This document shows, in pieces, positions 1 through 11,500 of a stretch of 64,000 bases of DNA; position 1 is the stretch's first letter; the number at the start of each line of letters is the position of its first letter. The position numbers and the translations under genes were made by a program. Origin of the DNA: Balanoglossus misakiensis (lineage: Eukaryota; Animalia; Hemichordata); the NCBI GenBank assembly GCA_040954595.2, contig CM082594.2, positions 698,147-762,146 of the forward strand, read 5' to 3'. The notes under the pieces are model-generated. The model was given only the letters and a program-made list of their open reading frames with translations. It was not told the origin of the DNA and did not search any database.

Positions 1-835
1 GATTTGGGATATGTGGTCACCTAACCTATGTCTATCAAGTTTGCGAAGCGCACTGTGGTTGGTCGATCATTATGGCGGCCATGTTGGATTTTTCGGAAAA
101 CCATTGAAAAGTGATAATTCCGTTTTGTAGCCAAAATGTTGACAGCATGGAAATTCTTTTTTTGGATATGAGTCATCATATGACCGGAAGTTGTCACAAT
201 TTTTCAGGGCAATTTTCACATGACCTTTGACCCAGTTTTAAAACAACTAATTATATATGCATATTCCGCATACCTCCTCTTGTCAAAGCACCACAGTCAT
301 GAATTTTGTGGACATGGGTACCAATGCTGCCAGGACCTGACACAAATATTTTGGTAATTTTGACAATGACCTTTGACCTATTTCTGAAACATCATTTTTC
401 TGCATATCTAATTCCATGCTACCCAATAGGGCTAGAGGTCTGGTATTGGTTGGACATGGCCCACTCTGGGGTCAAAATTTTATGCCCTAATTTTGGGTGA
501 CCTTGGGTGACCTTTGATCTACTTTCCCATATCTCAGCATCCAGAGCAGTTAGAGCCCTGGCTTTTATGGGGATTGAGCACATAATGGAGTATTACACAA
601 GACCTCATTAATTATGTGCATACCTAATTGCAGGCGAACCAATAGGGCTAGGGGTCTGGTTTTTTGTTGGATCTAGACTAGTATGGGGTCCAATTTTTTG
701 CCCAAATTTGGGGTGACCTCAGGTGACCTTTGACCTACTTTCCCATATCTTGGTATCCCCAGCAGATACAGCCGTGGCATTTGTTGGTCACCATGGGAAC
801 CGCTTGTGCCCCGCCAACGCTGCTTGCAGCTTTAA
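1..835. mobile_element. 3' end of a probable non-autonomous Helentron/Helitron-like (HINE-type) element inserted in the satellite; truncated by the window start
   Basis: Non-coding. Recurrent TGACCTTTGACC motifs (~221, 368, 508, 724), internal ~215-bp duplication (CCAATAGGGCTAG at ~424 and ~639), terminal hairpin GCTGC-TT-GCAGC (819-830) followed by TTTAATT, then an abrupt join to the middle of a satellite monomer at a T-rich site. Family assignment is pattern recognition only. Confidence 0.45.
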
Positions 836-850
836 TTCTTATTTATTTTG

Positions 851-1700
851 TAAAAAAGACAATTTTTCGAAATCAAGTCGAAAATGGTAATTTTGTCTTG
901 GGTGATTCAAATTATACCACATTTTCTGGAATTTGCAGCACTTTTTACAAGAGAACGACACTTCATGCTCCATAATATTTCCGAAAATGAAGAAAAGAGT
1001 TTATTTTTTATGATTTTTTAAAAATGTACCATTTTGTCAAAATATGGCCAAAATGGCTATTTTTTCTTGAATTCCGTCAATATCTCTGCATTTTTGGAGT
1101 GGTCGAAAGTTTTAACATACAATCAACATATCATATATGATCAGGGCACCAAATTCGAAGAACGAAGGTTTTTTTATTTTATTTTTCTAAAAATGACATT
1201 TTCAAGGAAAATTTGGTAAAACGCAATTTTGTCTGCAGTGAGCCAAATTAGACGGTCTTTTGTGGAATTTGTATCGATATATATATACGAAGAGCATTCT
1301 ATACTCCATCAGATTTCCGAAAATGTAGAAAACAGGTATTTTTTGTAATTTTCAAAAATTTACCATTTTGACAAAATTGTGGTTAAAATTGTTATTTTCG
1401 TGTTGAATGCCGCCAGTGTCACTGCTTTTAAAAGTCATAAAAACTTTTAACATGCAAGCAATTGCTTATATATGATCAGGTCACCGAATTAAAAAAATAA
1501 AGAATGTTTTGCCTAAAAATGACCTTTTTGGTGCAAAAACGAATAAAACGCAATTTTGTATTAAATCAGCTCATTCAGAGTGCATTTTTTATAATCAGCA
1601 CCATTTTTACATATATTGGAAATTTCATACATCATCAGATATCCAAATATGAAAAGATGATTTACATTTTAGATGATTGTCCAAAATTAGCTGATATCTG
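851..1700 (+). repeat. AT-rich part of the monomer: ~3 degenerate copies of a ~330-bp unit (example copy)
   Basis: AAAAA(T)GAC...AATTTTGT at ~851, ~1189, ~1515; CCAT(A/C)A.ATTTCCGAAAATG at ~970 and ~1305 with a degenerate third at ~1632; TATATGATCAGG at ~1134 and ~1469. Confidence 0.8.
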
Positions 1701-1944
1701 ATAAATGTAGTATTTAACCGTTCTGTTCCCCCCCCCCTACATTATATGCGGTACGCTGATGTCAGCTTACCCGGCAGTACTGCAGGCCGTGCCCCCAACT
1801 AACGTCGGTGTTTGAAACGCCCTGGTTAAATTCGGGCTTTCTCTATAAATTGACAGGCAATAAAGCAGTCCTACCGGAACAAATGTCGAGTGTTGACCCG
1901 CTGTGACTTTCCCTGTTCGGTTTGCCCGACTTAGCCAACGTCTT

Positions 1945-2645
1945 TGTACTAGAGTGTCGGGTCTTTTGCAGAGCCAGGCCGAAGGAAATCCGACTTGATC
2001 ACCGTTGCTAACGAACGCTAGTGTCTGTCATGGTGTGCCGGGGTTTTAGTCGAGCCAGGCCGTAGGAGATCTGACTTGATCATCGTGGTCAATGTACGCG
2101 TGTTTCCGCTCTAAAGTGCCGGGGCTTCAGCTAAACCAGGCCGTAGGAAATCCGACGTAATCACCGTTGATAACTTACGCCAGTCTGTGTCATATAGAGC
2201 CGGTGCAACAGCCGAGTCACGCCGTAGGAAATCTGACTTGATCAACGTGGTCAATGTACGCCTGTTTCTGCTCTAGAGTGCCGGGGCTTCAGCTGAGCCA
2301 TGCCGTAGGAAATCTGACTTGATCAACGTTGCTAACGAACGCTAGTGTCTGTCATAGTGTGCCGGGGTTTTAGTCGAGCCAAGCCGTAGGAGATCAGACT
2401 TGATCAACGTGGTCTCTGTACGCGTGTTTCTGCTCTAGAGTGCCGGGGCTTTATCCAACCCATGCCGTTGAAAATCTGACTTGATCACCGTTGCTAACGT
2501 ACGCTAGTGTCTGTCATATTGTGACGAGATTTAGCCGTGCCAGGCCGTAGAAAAATCGACTTGTTCAACGTTATCAGTGTGCAACTGTTTCTTCTCTAGA
2601 GTATCAGGGTTTTAGCCGACTTATGCTGTAGGAAATCTGAGTTGA
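1945..2645 (+). repeat. 81-bp subrepeat array (alternating A/B units, 162-bp dimer) inside each monomer (example copy)
   Basis: GCCGTAGGAAATCTGACTTGATCA core recurs at 1977, 2058, 2139, 2220, 2301, 2382... (81-bp spacing); units alternate ...GTTGCTAACG...CTGTCAT and ...GTGGTC...GTACGC...CTCTAGAG; 9 units here, 11 in the next monomer. Confidence 0.95.
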
Positions 2646-5600
2646 TAAACGGGAATTCAATGTTAGAAAACCCGTGTGGAAAGTATCTCTACCCGTTTGA
2701 AACTAAGAAAAGAATTTATTCTTATTTATTTTGTAAAAAAGACAATTTTTCGAAAACAAGTCGAAAATGGTAATTTTGTCTTGGGTGATTCAAATTATAC
2801 CACATTTTCTGGAATTTGCAGCACTTTTTACAAGAGAACGACACTTCATGCTCCATAATATTTCCGAAAATGAAGAAAAGAGTTTATTTTTTATGATTTT
2901 TTAAAAATGTACCATTTTGTCAAAATATGGCCAAAATGGCTATTTTTTCTTGAATTCCGTCAATATCTCTGCATTTTTGGAGTGGTCGAAAGTTTTAACA
3001 TACAATCAACATATCATATATGATCAGGGCACCAAATTCGAAGAACGAAGGTTTTTTTATTTTATTTTTCTAAAAATGACATTTTCAAGGAAAATTTGGT
3101 AAAACGCAATTTTGTCTGCAGTGAGCCAAATTAGACGGTCTTTTGTGGAATTTGTATCGATATATATATACGAAGAGCATTCTATACTCCATCAGATTTC
3201 CGAAAATGTAGAAAACAGGTATTTTTTGTAATTTTCAAAAATTTACCATTTTGACCAAATTGTGGTTAAAATTGTTATTTTCGTGTTGAATGCCGCCAGT
3301 GTCACTGCTTTTAAAAGTCATAAAAACTTTTAACATGCAAGCAATTGCTTATATATGATCAGGTCACCGAATTAAAAAAATAAAGAATGTTTTGCCTAAA
3401 AATGACCTTTTTGGTGCAAAAACGAATAAAACGAAATTTTGTATTAAATCAGCTCATTAAGAGTGCATTTTTTATAATCAGCACCATTTTTACATATATT
3501 GGAAATTTCATACATCATCAGATATCCAAATATGAAAAGATGATTTACATTTTAGATGATTGTCCAAAATTAGCTGATATCTGATAAATGTAGTATTTAA
3601 CCGTTCTGTTCCCCCCCCCCCTACATTATATGCGGTACGCTGATGTCAGCTTACCCGGCAGTACTGCAGGCCGTGCCCCCAACTAACGTCGGTGTTTTAA
3701 ACGCCCTGGTTAAATTCGGGCTTTCTCTATAAATTGACAGGCAATAATGCAGTCCTACCGGAACAAATGTCGAGTGTTGACCCGTTGTGACTTTCCCTGT
3801 TCGGTTTGCCCGACTTAGCCAACGTCTTTGTACTAGAGTGTCGGGTCTTTTGCAGAGCCAGGCCGAAGGAAATCCGACTTGATCACCGTTGCTAACGAAC
3901 GCTAGTGTCTGTCATGGTGTGCCGGGGTTTTAGTCGAGCCAGGCCGTAGGAGATCTGACTTGATCATCGTGGTCAATGTACGCGTGTTTCCGCTCTAAAG
4001 TGCCGGGGGTTCAGCTAAACCAGGCCGTAGGAAATCCGACGTAATCACCGTTGATAACTTACGCCAGTCTGTGTCATATAGAGCCGGTGCACCAGCCGAG
4101 TCACGCCGTAGGAAATCTGACTTGATCAACGTGGTCAATGTACGCCTGTTTCTGCTCTAGAGTGCCGGGGCTTCAGCTGAGCCAGGCCGTAGGAAACCCG
4201 ACGTGATTACCGTTGTTAACTTACGCCAGTCTGTGTCCTATATATAGTGCCGGGGCATCAGCCGTGCCAGGCCGAAGGAAATGTGAGTAGATCAACGTGG
4301 TCTCTGTACGCGTGTTTCTGCTCTAGAGTGTCAGGGCTTTAGCAAAGCCATGCCGTAGGAAATCTGACTTGATCAACGTTGCTAACGAACGCTAGTGTCT
4401 GTCATAGTGTGCCGGGGTTTTAGTCGAGCCAAGCCGTAGGAGATCAGACTTGATCAACGTGGTCTCTGTACGCGTGTTTCTGCTCTAGAGTGCCGGGGCT
4501 TTATCCAACCCATGCCGTTGAAAATCTGACTTGATCACCGTTGCTAACGTACGATAGTGTCTGTCATATTGTGACAGAGATTTAGCCGAGCCAGGCCGTA
4601 GAAAAATCGACTTGTTCAACGTTACCAGTGTGCAACTGTTTCTGCTCTAAAGTCTCAGGGTTTTAGCCGACTTATGCTGTAGGAAATCTGAGTTGATGAA
4701 CGGGAATTCAATGTTAGAAAACCCGTGTGGAAAGTATCTCTACCCGTTTGAAACTAAGAAAAGAATTAATTCTTATTTATTTTGTAAAAAAGACAATTTT
4801 TCGAAAAAAAGTCGAAAATGGTAATTTTGTCTTGGGTGATTCAAATTATACCGCCTTTTCTGGAATTTGCAGCACTTTTTACAAGAGAACGACACTTCAT
4901 GCTCCATAATATTTCCGAAAATGAAGAAAAGAGTTAATTTTTTATGATTTTTTAAAAATTTACCATTTTTGTCAAAATATGGCCAAAATGGCTATTTTTC
5001 TTGAATTCCGTCAATATCTCTGCATTTTTGGAGTGGTCGAGAGTTTTAACATACAATCAACATGTCATATATGATCAGGGCACCAAATTCGAAGAACAAA
5101 GGTTTTTTTATTTTTTTTTCTAAAAATGACATTTTCAAGGAAAATTTGGTAAAACGCAATTTTGTCTGCAGTGAGCCAAATTAGACGGTCTTTTGTGGAA
5201 TTTGTATCGATATATACATACGAAGAGCATTCTATACTCCATCAGATTTCCGAAAATGTAGAAAACAGGTATTTTTTGTAATTTTCAAAAATTTACCATT
5301 TTGACCAAATTGTGGCTAAAATTGTTATTTTCGTGATGAATGCCGCCAGTGTCACTGCTTTTAAAAGTCATAAAAACTTTTAACATACAAGCAATTGTTT
5401 ATATATGATCAGGTCACCGAATTAAAAATATAAAGAATGTTTTGCCTAAAAATGACCTTTTTGGTGCAAAAACGAATAAAACGCAATCTTGTATTAAATC
5501 AGTTCATTCAGAGTGCATGTTTTATAATAAGCACCATTTTTACATATAATGGAAATTTCATACATCATCAGATATCCAAATATGAAAAAATGATTTAGAT

Positions 5601-6680
5601 TTTAGATGATTGTCCAAAATTAGCTGATATCTAATAAATGTAGTATTGAACCGTTCTGTCCCCCCCCCCCCCTTACATTATATGCGGTACGCCGATGTCA
5701 GCTTACCCGGTAGTACTGCAGGCCGTGCCCCCAACTAACGTCGGTGTTTGGAACGCCCTGGTTAAATTCGGGCTTTCTCTATAAATTGACAGGCAATAAA
5801 GCAGTCCTACCCGACCAAATGTCGAGTGTTGACCCGCTGTGACTTTCCCTCTTCGGTTTGCCCGACTTAGCCAACGTCTTTGTACTAGAGTGTCGGGTCT
5901 TTTGCAGAGCCAGGCCGAAGGAAATCCGACTTGATCACCGTTGCTAACGAACGCTAGTGTCTGTCATGGTGTGCCGGGGTTTTAGTCGAGCCAGGCCGTA
6001 GGAGATCTGACTTGATCATCGTGGTCAATGTACGCGTGTTTCCGCTCTAAAGTGCCGGGGCTTCAGCTAAACCAGGCCGTAGGAAATCCGACGTAATCAC
6101 CGTTGATAACTTACGCCAGTCTGTGTCATATAGAGCCGGTGCACCAGCCGAGTCACGCCGTAGGAAATCTGACTTGATCAACGTGGTCAATGTACGCCTG
6201 TTTCTGCTCTAGAGTGCCGGGGCTTCAGCTGAGCCAGGCCGTAGGAAACCCGACGTGATTACCGTTGTTAACTTACGCCAGTCTGTGTCCTATATATAGT
6301 GCCGGGGCATCAGCCGTGCCAGGCCGAAGGAAATGTGAGTAGATCAACGTGGTCTCTGTACGCGTGTTTCTGCTCTACAGTGCCAGGGCTTTAGCCAAGC
6401 CATGCCGTAGGAAATCTGACTTGATCAACGTTGCTAACGAACGCTAGTGTCTGTCATAGTGTGCCGGGGTTTCAGTCGAGCCAAGCCGTAGGAGATCAGA
6501 CTTGATCAACCTGGTCTCTGTACGCGTGTTTCTGCTCTAGAGTGCCGGGGCTTTATCCAAGCCATGCCGTAGAAAATCTGACTTGATCACCGTTGCTAAC
6601 GTACGCTAGTGTCTGTCATATTGTGACGGAGATTTAGCCGAGCCAGGCCCTAGAAAAATCGACTTGTTCAACGTTACCAG

Positions 6681-7067
6681 TGTAGTAACCTCGATGTGCC
6701 GTCTCAAATGGCGCCCTAATTCACATCAAAGGCCACAGGGTTCTATAGTATTTGCCGTTAACTAACTGGAGCTCACCATCGCCGACGAACATTCCTTGTC
6801 AGATGTCACAGAAAACGCTGCTCGGAACTTTACACGAACATTTAATGACTGAACATACAACACTGGCACTGGATGATGCGTCGCGGTGGTTGAAGTTTCC
6901 GTAGAAAACTGGCAAAAATCCCCAGGCTAACTGTGCAAAAGTCCTCACATGTGCGCCATGGAATTTTCCAGATATTTTCTAAACAAAAGCGCATGCGCTA
7001 ATGTACTCACAGCGCGAGGGCGCTAGACTAAATATTTCAGTTTCTCTAAGAACTGGGCGTCCTTACA
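6681..7067 (-). repeat. BEL/Pao 3' LTR, inverted copy (387 bp)
   Basis: TGTA...TACA termini; preceded on the minus strand by GGGGGCTGG (BEL-type PPT region); reverse complement of 11114-11500. Confidence 0.9.
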
Positions 7068-7435
7068 CCAGCCCCCAAATTGTTCATGAAAAAACATTAA
7101 CAATTTCCATCCTAGCAAATTCAAAACGCCAACATCCATATGTGCCGAAATTACATATCAAATAGAAATTACAAAACAATATCTATAAATATCTCGAAAC
7201 GCGAAGTCGAAAGTTTTTCAGGAAACGCGAATACAAGAATCCTTTTCTTCATGAATGTGATGATACATCCTTGACCATGCCCAGACCTCGTCCGGTCAAT
7301 CATGCTGCCAAGCATGATATCCAACACATCTGTACTTCAAAGATGAGATCAAACGCTGGACGTAGTGGATAGACTGGCCACTACTTGAGATCGTTGTTAT
7401 TACAGCTGCTGGTAACTGCAACCATACCAATACCA

Positions 7436-8515
7436 CTAAGTCTGTGCTTCCAGCAATGTGCACAACTTATCATATGGTCTTTCTAAAACACTGGATCTGG
7501 TCTTCACCAATACTCGTCTCACCACCCCTTTCCGATCAGGCATAACTTTGACGATTACACCCAAAGGCCACGCATTTCTGGAGGTGTTCTCATCCTTTTC
7601 CAATACAAATCTGACAGATACTGCACTTGCTTCCATCTGTGTACAGCATACAAGTCGTTCTTCTCCGTCACACCAGGGGGTGTTGCTGCTCCCTTCATAG
7701 TAAGCAACATACTGGGTGTCAATGCTTTTAAGTCTCTAACGTCGTCCGACGATACTGTAATCTCATGCGGTCCATCTGTACGACGACTTTTGTTCTTGGC
7801 ACATCTCAACAATGTGTCACCCACTTTACGTATCCAGGCCACTGCTTTCTTCAGTTTATACCAACTGGAGTAGTGGTCTATCATTTTCTGAACCGTCTCC
7901 TCCGCATTAACGGACATGGATCGATCCGCCCCTTTGTCAGGCGTCTGTCGTTCTCCCGAAACAACAGGTACTGTTCCCAACACAACGGGTACAGTTCTTC
8001 AGGTACAGTTCTTCAGAAAAGCATCTATTTTCTGACCTCTAGAGCACTCATCTGCCGGGTTGTCACTGGTATTAATGTAGCGCCAGTTCGCTGGGTCTGA
8101 TCCTCCTCGAATCACTGCTAGTCTATTCGCCACGAAGGTATGAAATCTTGTGGTTTCGTTGTTTATGTACCGCAGCACGGTTTTGCTATCCGTCCAAAAC
8201 ACGGATTCATTGAATGGCAAATCCATCTCCTTTCTGAGAAGTTTGTCAAGCCTCACTGCTACAGTAGCTGCAGTTAATTCCATTCGTGGGATCGATATTT
8301 GCTTCAATGGAGCCACTCTTGCTTTGGCCATCATCAAAGTGCTGTGGATGTTTCCGCTTTTGTCGATCAACCTAAGATATGATACAGCGCCATATCCATT
8401 TTCGCTGGCATCAGCAAAGTGATGTAGCTGAGCTGTGTCTACTTCACCAAAGTGCTCGGGCTTTATACATCTGGGTACTGCGAAACACTCTTCTAATTTC
8501 GGTAGATCCCTCAAC
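7436..8515 (-). pseudogene. Inverted copy of BEL/Pao RNase H and integrase C-terminal remnants
   Basis: ORFs 7999-8517, 7555-7983 and 7436-7636 repeat the peptides of the + strand copy (HHFADAS, IPRMEL, WTDS, NPAD, WPLGVIVKV). Confidence 0.9.
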
Positions 8516-10745
8516 AAAGTGGCAGTAGAATATCGGCTTTCTCAGTTGGGAAAGAAATTTAGAAACAACGATGACTATCGTCAAGAATATACTACCTTCA
8601 TGGAAAGTATTATAGACAAAGGCTATGCTGAAAGGGTGCCACAGGAAGAATTGGAAGGCAATCCTGGAAAGAAATGGTATCTTCCCCATCATGGCGTATA
8701 CCATCCACAGAAACAGAAAATCCGGGTAGTCTTCGACTGTGGTGCAGAATACAAGGGAACTTCTTTGAACAAGGAATTAATGCAAGGACCGGATCTGACC
8801 AGTTCACTTGTAGGAGTGCTTATACATTTTCGTGAAGAGCGGATAGCACTGATGTCAGATATAGAGGCTATGTTCTCTCAAGTTGGCGTGTCGCAAGAAA
8901 ACCGAGATTTCCAGCGTTTTCTGTGGTGGCCTAATGGTAATGTAGAGGAACCTCCTGTCGAGTACCGAATGACAGTGCACATCTTCGGGGCTACATCGTC
9001 ACCCAGTTGTGCAAACTTCGCGTTGAAGAAAGCTCCAGACAATACTTCTGATCTGAGTGTCAAGAACACCATATCTAGAAACTTCTACGTTGATGACATG
9101 TTGAAGGCAGCATCAACAGTGATGGAAGGAAAGTCTTTGGCTGAAGGGCTGACAGACACCTGTAAGAAATCAGGGTTCAAGCTCACAAAGTGGATCAGCA
9201 ATACGCGTCCAGTTTTGGAAGCAATACCTGAAGAACAAAGGGCGATAGAGGTGAAGAACTTAGACTTGGAGCGAGATGACTTGCCAATGGAGCATGCACT
9301 CGGTATGCAGTGGAACGTGGAATCTGACGAATTCGGATTCAGAAATCGTACTAAAGAGAAACCAGCGACCAGACGAGGAATTCTGGGAGTGGTTAGTTCA
9401 TTATACGACCCACTGGGCATGGCAGCACCAGCGCTTCTGCCACCCAAGATGCTTTTGCAGCAGCTGTGTAAAGCAAAACTAGGCTGGGATGATGATATTC
9501 CTGGAAAACAACGCAAAGTGTGGGAGAATTGGTTGAGGGATCTACCGAAATTAGAAGAGTGTTTCGCAGTACCCAGATGTATAAAGCCCGAGCACTTTGG
9601 TGAAGTAGACACAGCTCAGCTACATCACTTTGCTGATGCCAGCGAAAATGGATATGGCGCTGTATCATATCTTAGGTTGATCGACAAAAGCGGAAACATC
9701 CACAGCACTTTGATGATGGCCAAAGCAAGAGTGGCTCCATTGAAGCAAATATCGATCCCACGAATGGAATTAACTGCAGCTACTGTAGCAGTGAGGCTTG
9801 ACAAACTTCTCAGAAATGAGGTGGATTTGCCAATCAATGAATCCGTGTTTTGGACGGATAGCAAAACCGTGCTGCGGTACATAAACAACAAAACCACAAT
9901 ATTTCATACCTTCGTGGCGAATAGACTAGCAGTGATTCGAGGAGGATCAGACCCAGCGAACTGGCGCTACATTAATACCAGTGACAACCCGGCAGATGAG
10001 TGCTCTAGAGGTCAGAAAATAGATGCTTTTCTGAAGAACGAAAGATGGATAGGTGGTCCTGATTTCTTGCGGAAGACACAAGACAAATGGCCAAGTGATA
10101 GCTACAATACACAGCTAGATCCAGAAGATCCAGAGGTGAAGAAATCTGCACTAGTGCATAGAATAGCCTTGAGGTCGGAAGAAGAAACTGTACCCGTTGT
10201 GTTGGGAACAGTACCTGTTGTTTCGGGAGAACGACAGACGCCTGACAAAGGGGCGGATCGATCCATGTCCGTTAATGCGGAGGAGACGGTTCAGAAAATG
10301 ATAGACCACTACTCCAGTTGGTATAAACTGAAGAAAGCAGTGGCCTGGATACGTAAAGTGGGTGACACATTGTTGAGATGTGCCAAGAACAAAAGTCGTC
10401 GTACAGATGGACCGCATGAGATTACAGTATCGTCGGACGACGTTAGAGACTTAAAAGCATTGACACCCAGTATGTTGCTTACTATGAAGGGAGCAGCAAC
10501 ACCCCCTGGTGTGACGGAGAAGAACGACTTGTATGCTGTACACAGATGGAAGCAAGTGCAGTATCTGTCAGATTTGTATTGGAAAAGGATGAGAACACCT
10601 CCACAAATGCGTGGCCTTGGGTGTAATCGTCAAAGTTATGCCTGATCGGAAAGGGGTGGTGAGACGAGTATTGGTGAAGACCAGATCCAGTGTTTTAGAA
10701 AGACCATATGATAAGTTGTGCACATTGCTGGAAGCACAGACTTAG
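8516..10745 (+). pseudogene. BEL/Pao pol remnant: RT and RNase H intact, integrase core deleted, gag/protease absent
   Basis: WYLPHHGVYHPQKQKIRVVFDC, HIFGATSSPSCA, FYVDD, SSLYDPLG, HHFADAS, IPRMEL, WTDS, NPAD; jumps to ALTPSMLL/RWKQVQYLSD without integrase zinc finger or DDE; frameshift near 10618. Confidence 0.92.
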
Positions 10746-11113
10746 TGGTATTGGTATGGTTGCAGTTACCAGCAGCTGTAATAACAACGATCTCAAGTAG
10801 TGGCCAGTCTATCCACTACGTCCAGCGTTTGATCTCATCTTTGAAGTACAGATGTGTTGGATATCATGCTTGGCAGCATGATTGACCGGACGAGGTCTGG
10901 GCATGGTCTAGGATGTATCATCACATTCATGAAGAAAAGGATTCTTGTATTCGCGTTTCCTGAAAAACTTTCGACTTCGCGTTTCGAGATATTTATAGAT
11001 ATTGTTTTGTAATTTCTATTTGATATGTAATTTCGGCACATATGGATGTTGGCGTTTTGAATTTGCTAGGATGGAAATTGTTAATGTTTTTTCATGAACA
11101 ATTTGGGGGCTGG

Positions 11114-11500
11114 TGTAAGGACGCCCAGTTCTTAGAGAAACTGAAATATTTAGTCTAGCGCCCTCGCGCTGTGAGTACATTAGCGCATGCGCTTTTGTTT
11201 AGAAAATATCTGGAAAATTCCATGGCGCACATGTGAGGACTTTTGCACAGTTAGCCTGGGGATTTTTGCCAGTTTTCTACGGAAACTTCAACCACCGCGA
11301 CGCATCATCCAGTGCCAGTGTTGTATGTTCAGTCATTAAATGTTCGTGTAAAGTTCCGAGCAGCGTTTTCTGTGACATCTGACAAGGAATGTTCGTCGGC
11401 GATGGTGAGCTCCAGTTAGTTAACGGCAAATACTATAGAACCCTGTGGCCTTTGATGTGAATTTGGGCGCCATTTGATACGGCACATCGAGGTTACTACA
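11114..11500 (+). repeat. BEL/Pao 3' LTR (387 bp)
   Basis: GGGGGCTGG then TGTAAGG...TTACTACA, followed by satellite CTGGTAACG. Confidence 0.9.

Larger units (their letters stand above)
836..6680 (+). repeat. ~2.05-kb macrosatellite, left block (~3 monomers, poly-C orientation)
   Basis: Near-identical blocks recur with periods of 1883 bp (1034/2917) and 2051 bp (2676/4727). Confidence 0.97.
6681..11500. mobile_element. BEL/Pao LTR retrotransposon remnant present as an inverted duplication (two 3' ends back to back)
   Basis: 6681-8515 is the reverse complement of 9532-11500 apart from one deletion and a few substitutions; unique spacer 8516-9531; BEL-type RT and RNase H motifs; same 387-bp LTR at both ends in opposite orientation with the same satellite junction. 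Confidence 0.93.

Noticed and set aside
1714-1830. TTAACC...GGTTAA as piggyBac-like termini
   Set aside because: The inverted match does not extend beyond 6 bp and TTAA is not conserved (TTGAACC in variant B).
1738-1945. GC-rich monomer segment as a tandem 5S rRNA, snRNA, tRNA or SL RNA gene
   Set aside because: No recognisable 5S, U1/U2/U6, tRNA or SL motif by eye; an Rfam scan would be needed to exclude a divergent RNA.
1945-2645. CRISPR-like appearance of the conserved GCCGTAGGAAATCTGACTTGATCA core with variable intervening sequence
   Set aside because: The intervening parts are homologous to each other and recur in every monomer; no cas genes; eukaryotic retroelement context.
2676-3584. 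Recurring 60-70 aa ORFs (MESISTRLK..., MSKYGQNG..., MFCLKMTF...) in every monomer
   Set aside because: Chance frames of the AT-rich satellite: mostly GTG/TTG starts, broken by homopolymer indels in many copies, no recognisable domain.
8435-8515. N-terminus of the 736-aa ORF as a real start
   Set aside because: These ~27 codons are the antisense strand of the inverted arm, fused in frame by the fold-back junction.
6681-11500. A foldback/TIR or DIRS-type element with natural inverted termini
   Set aside because: The symmetry continues into the flanking satellite and includes coding sequence; no tyrosine recombinase or transposase; the motifs are BEL/Pao.
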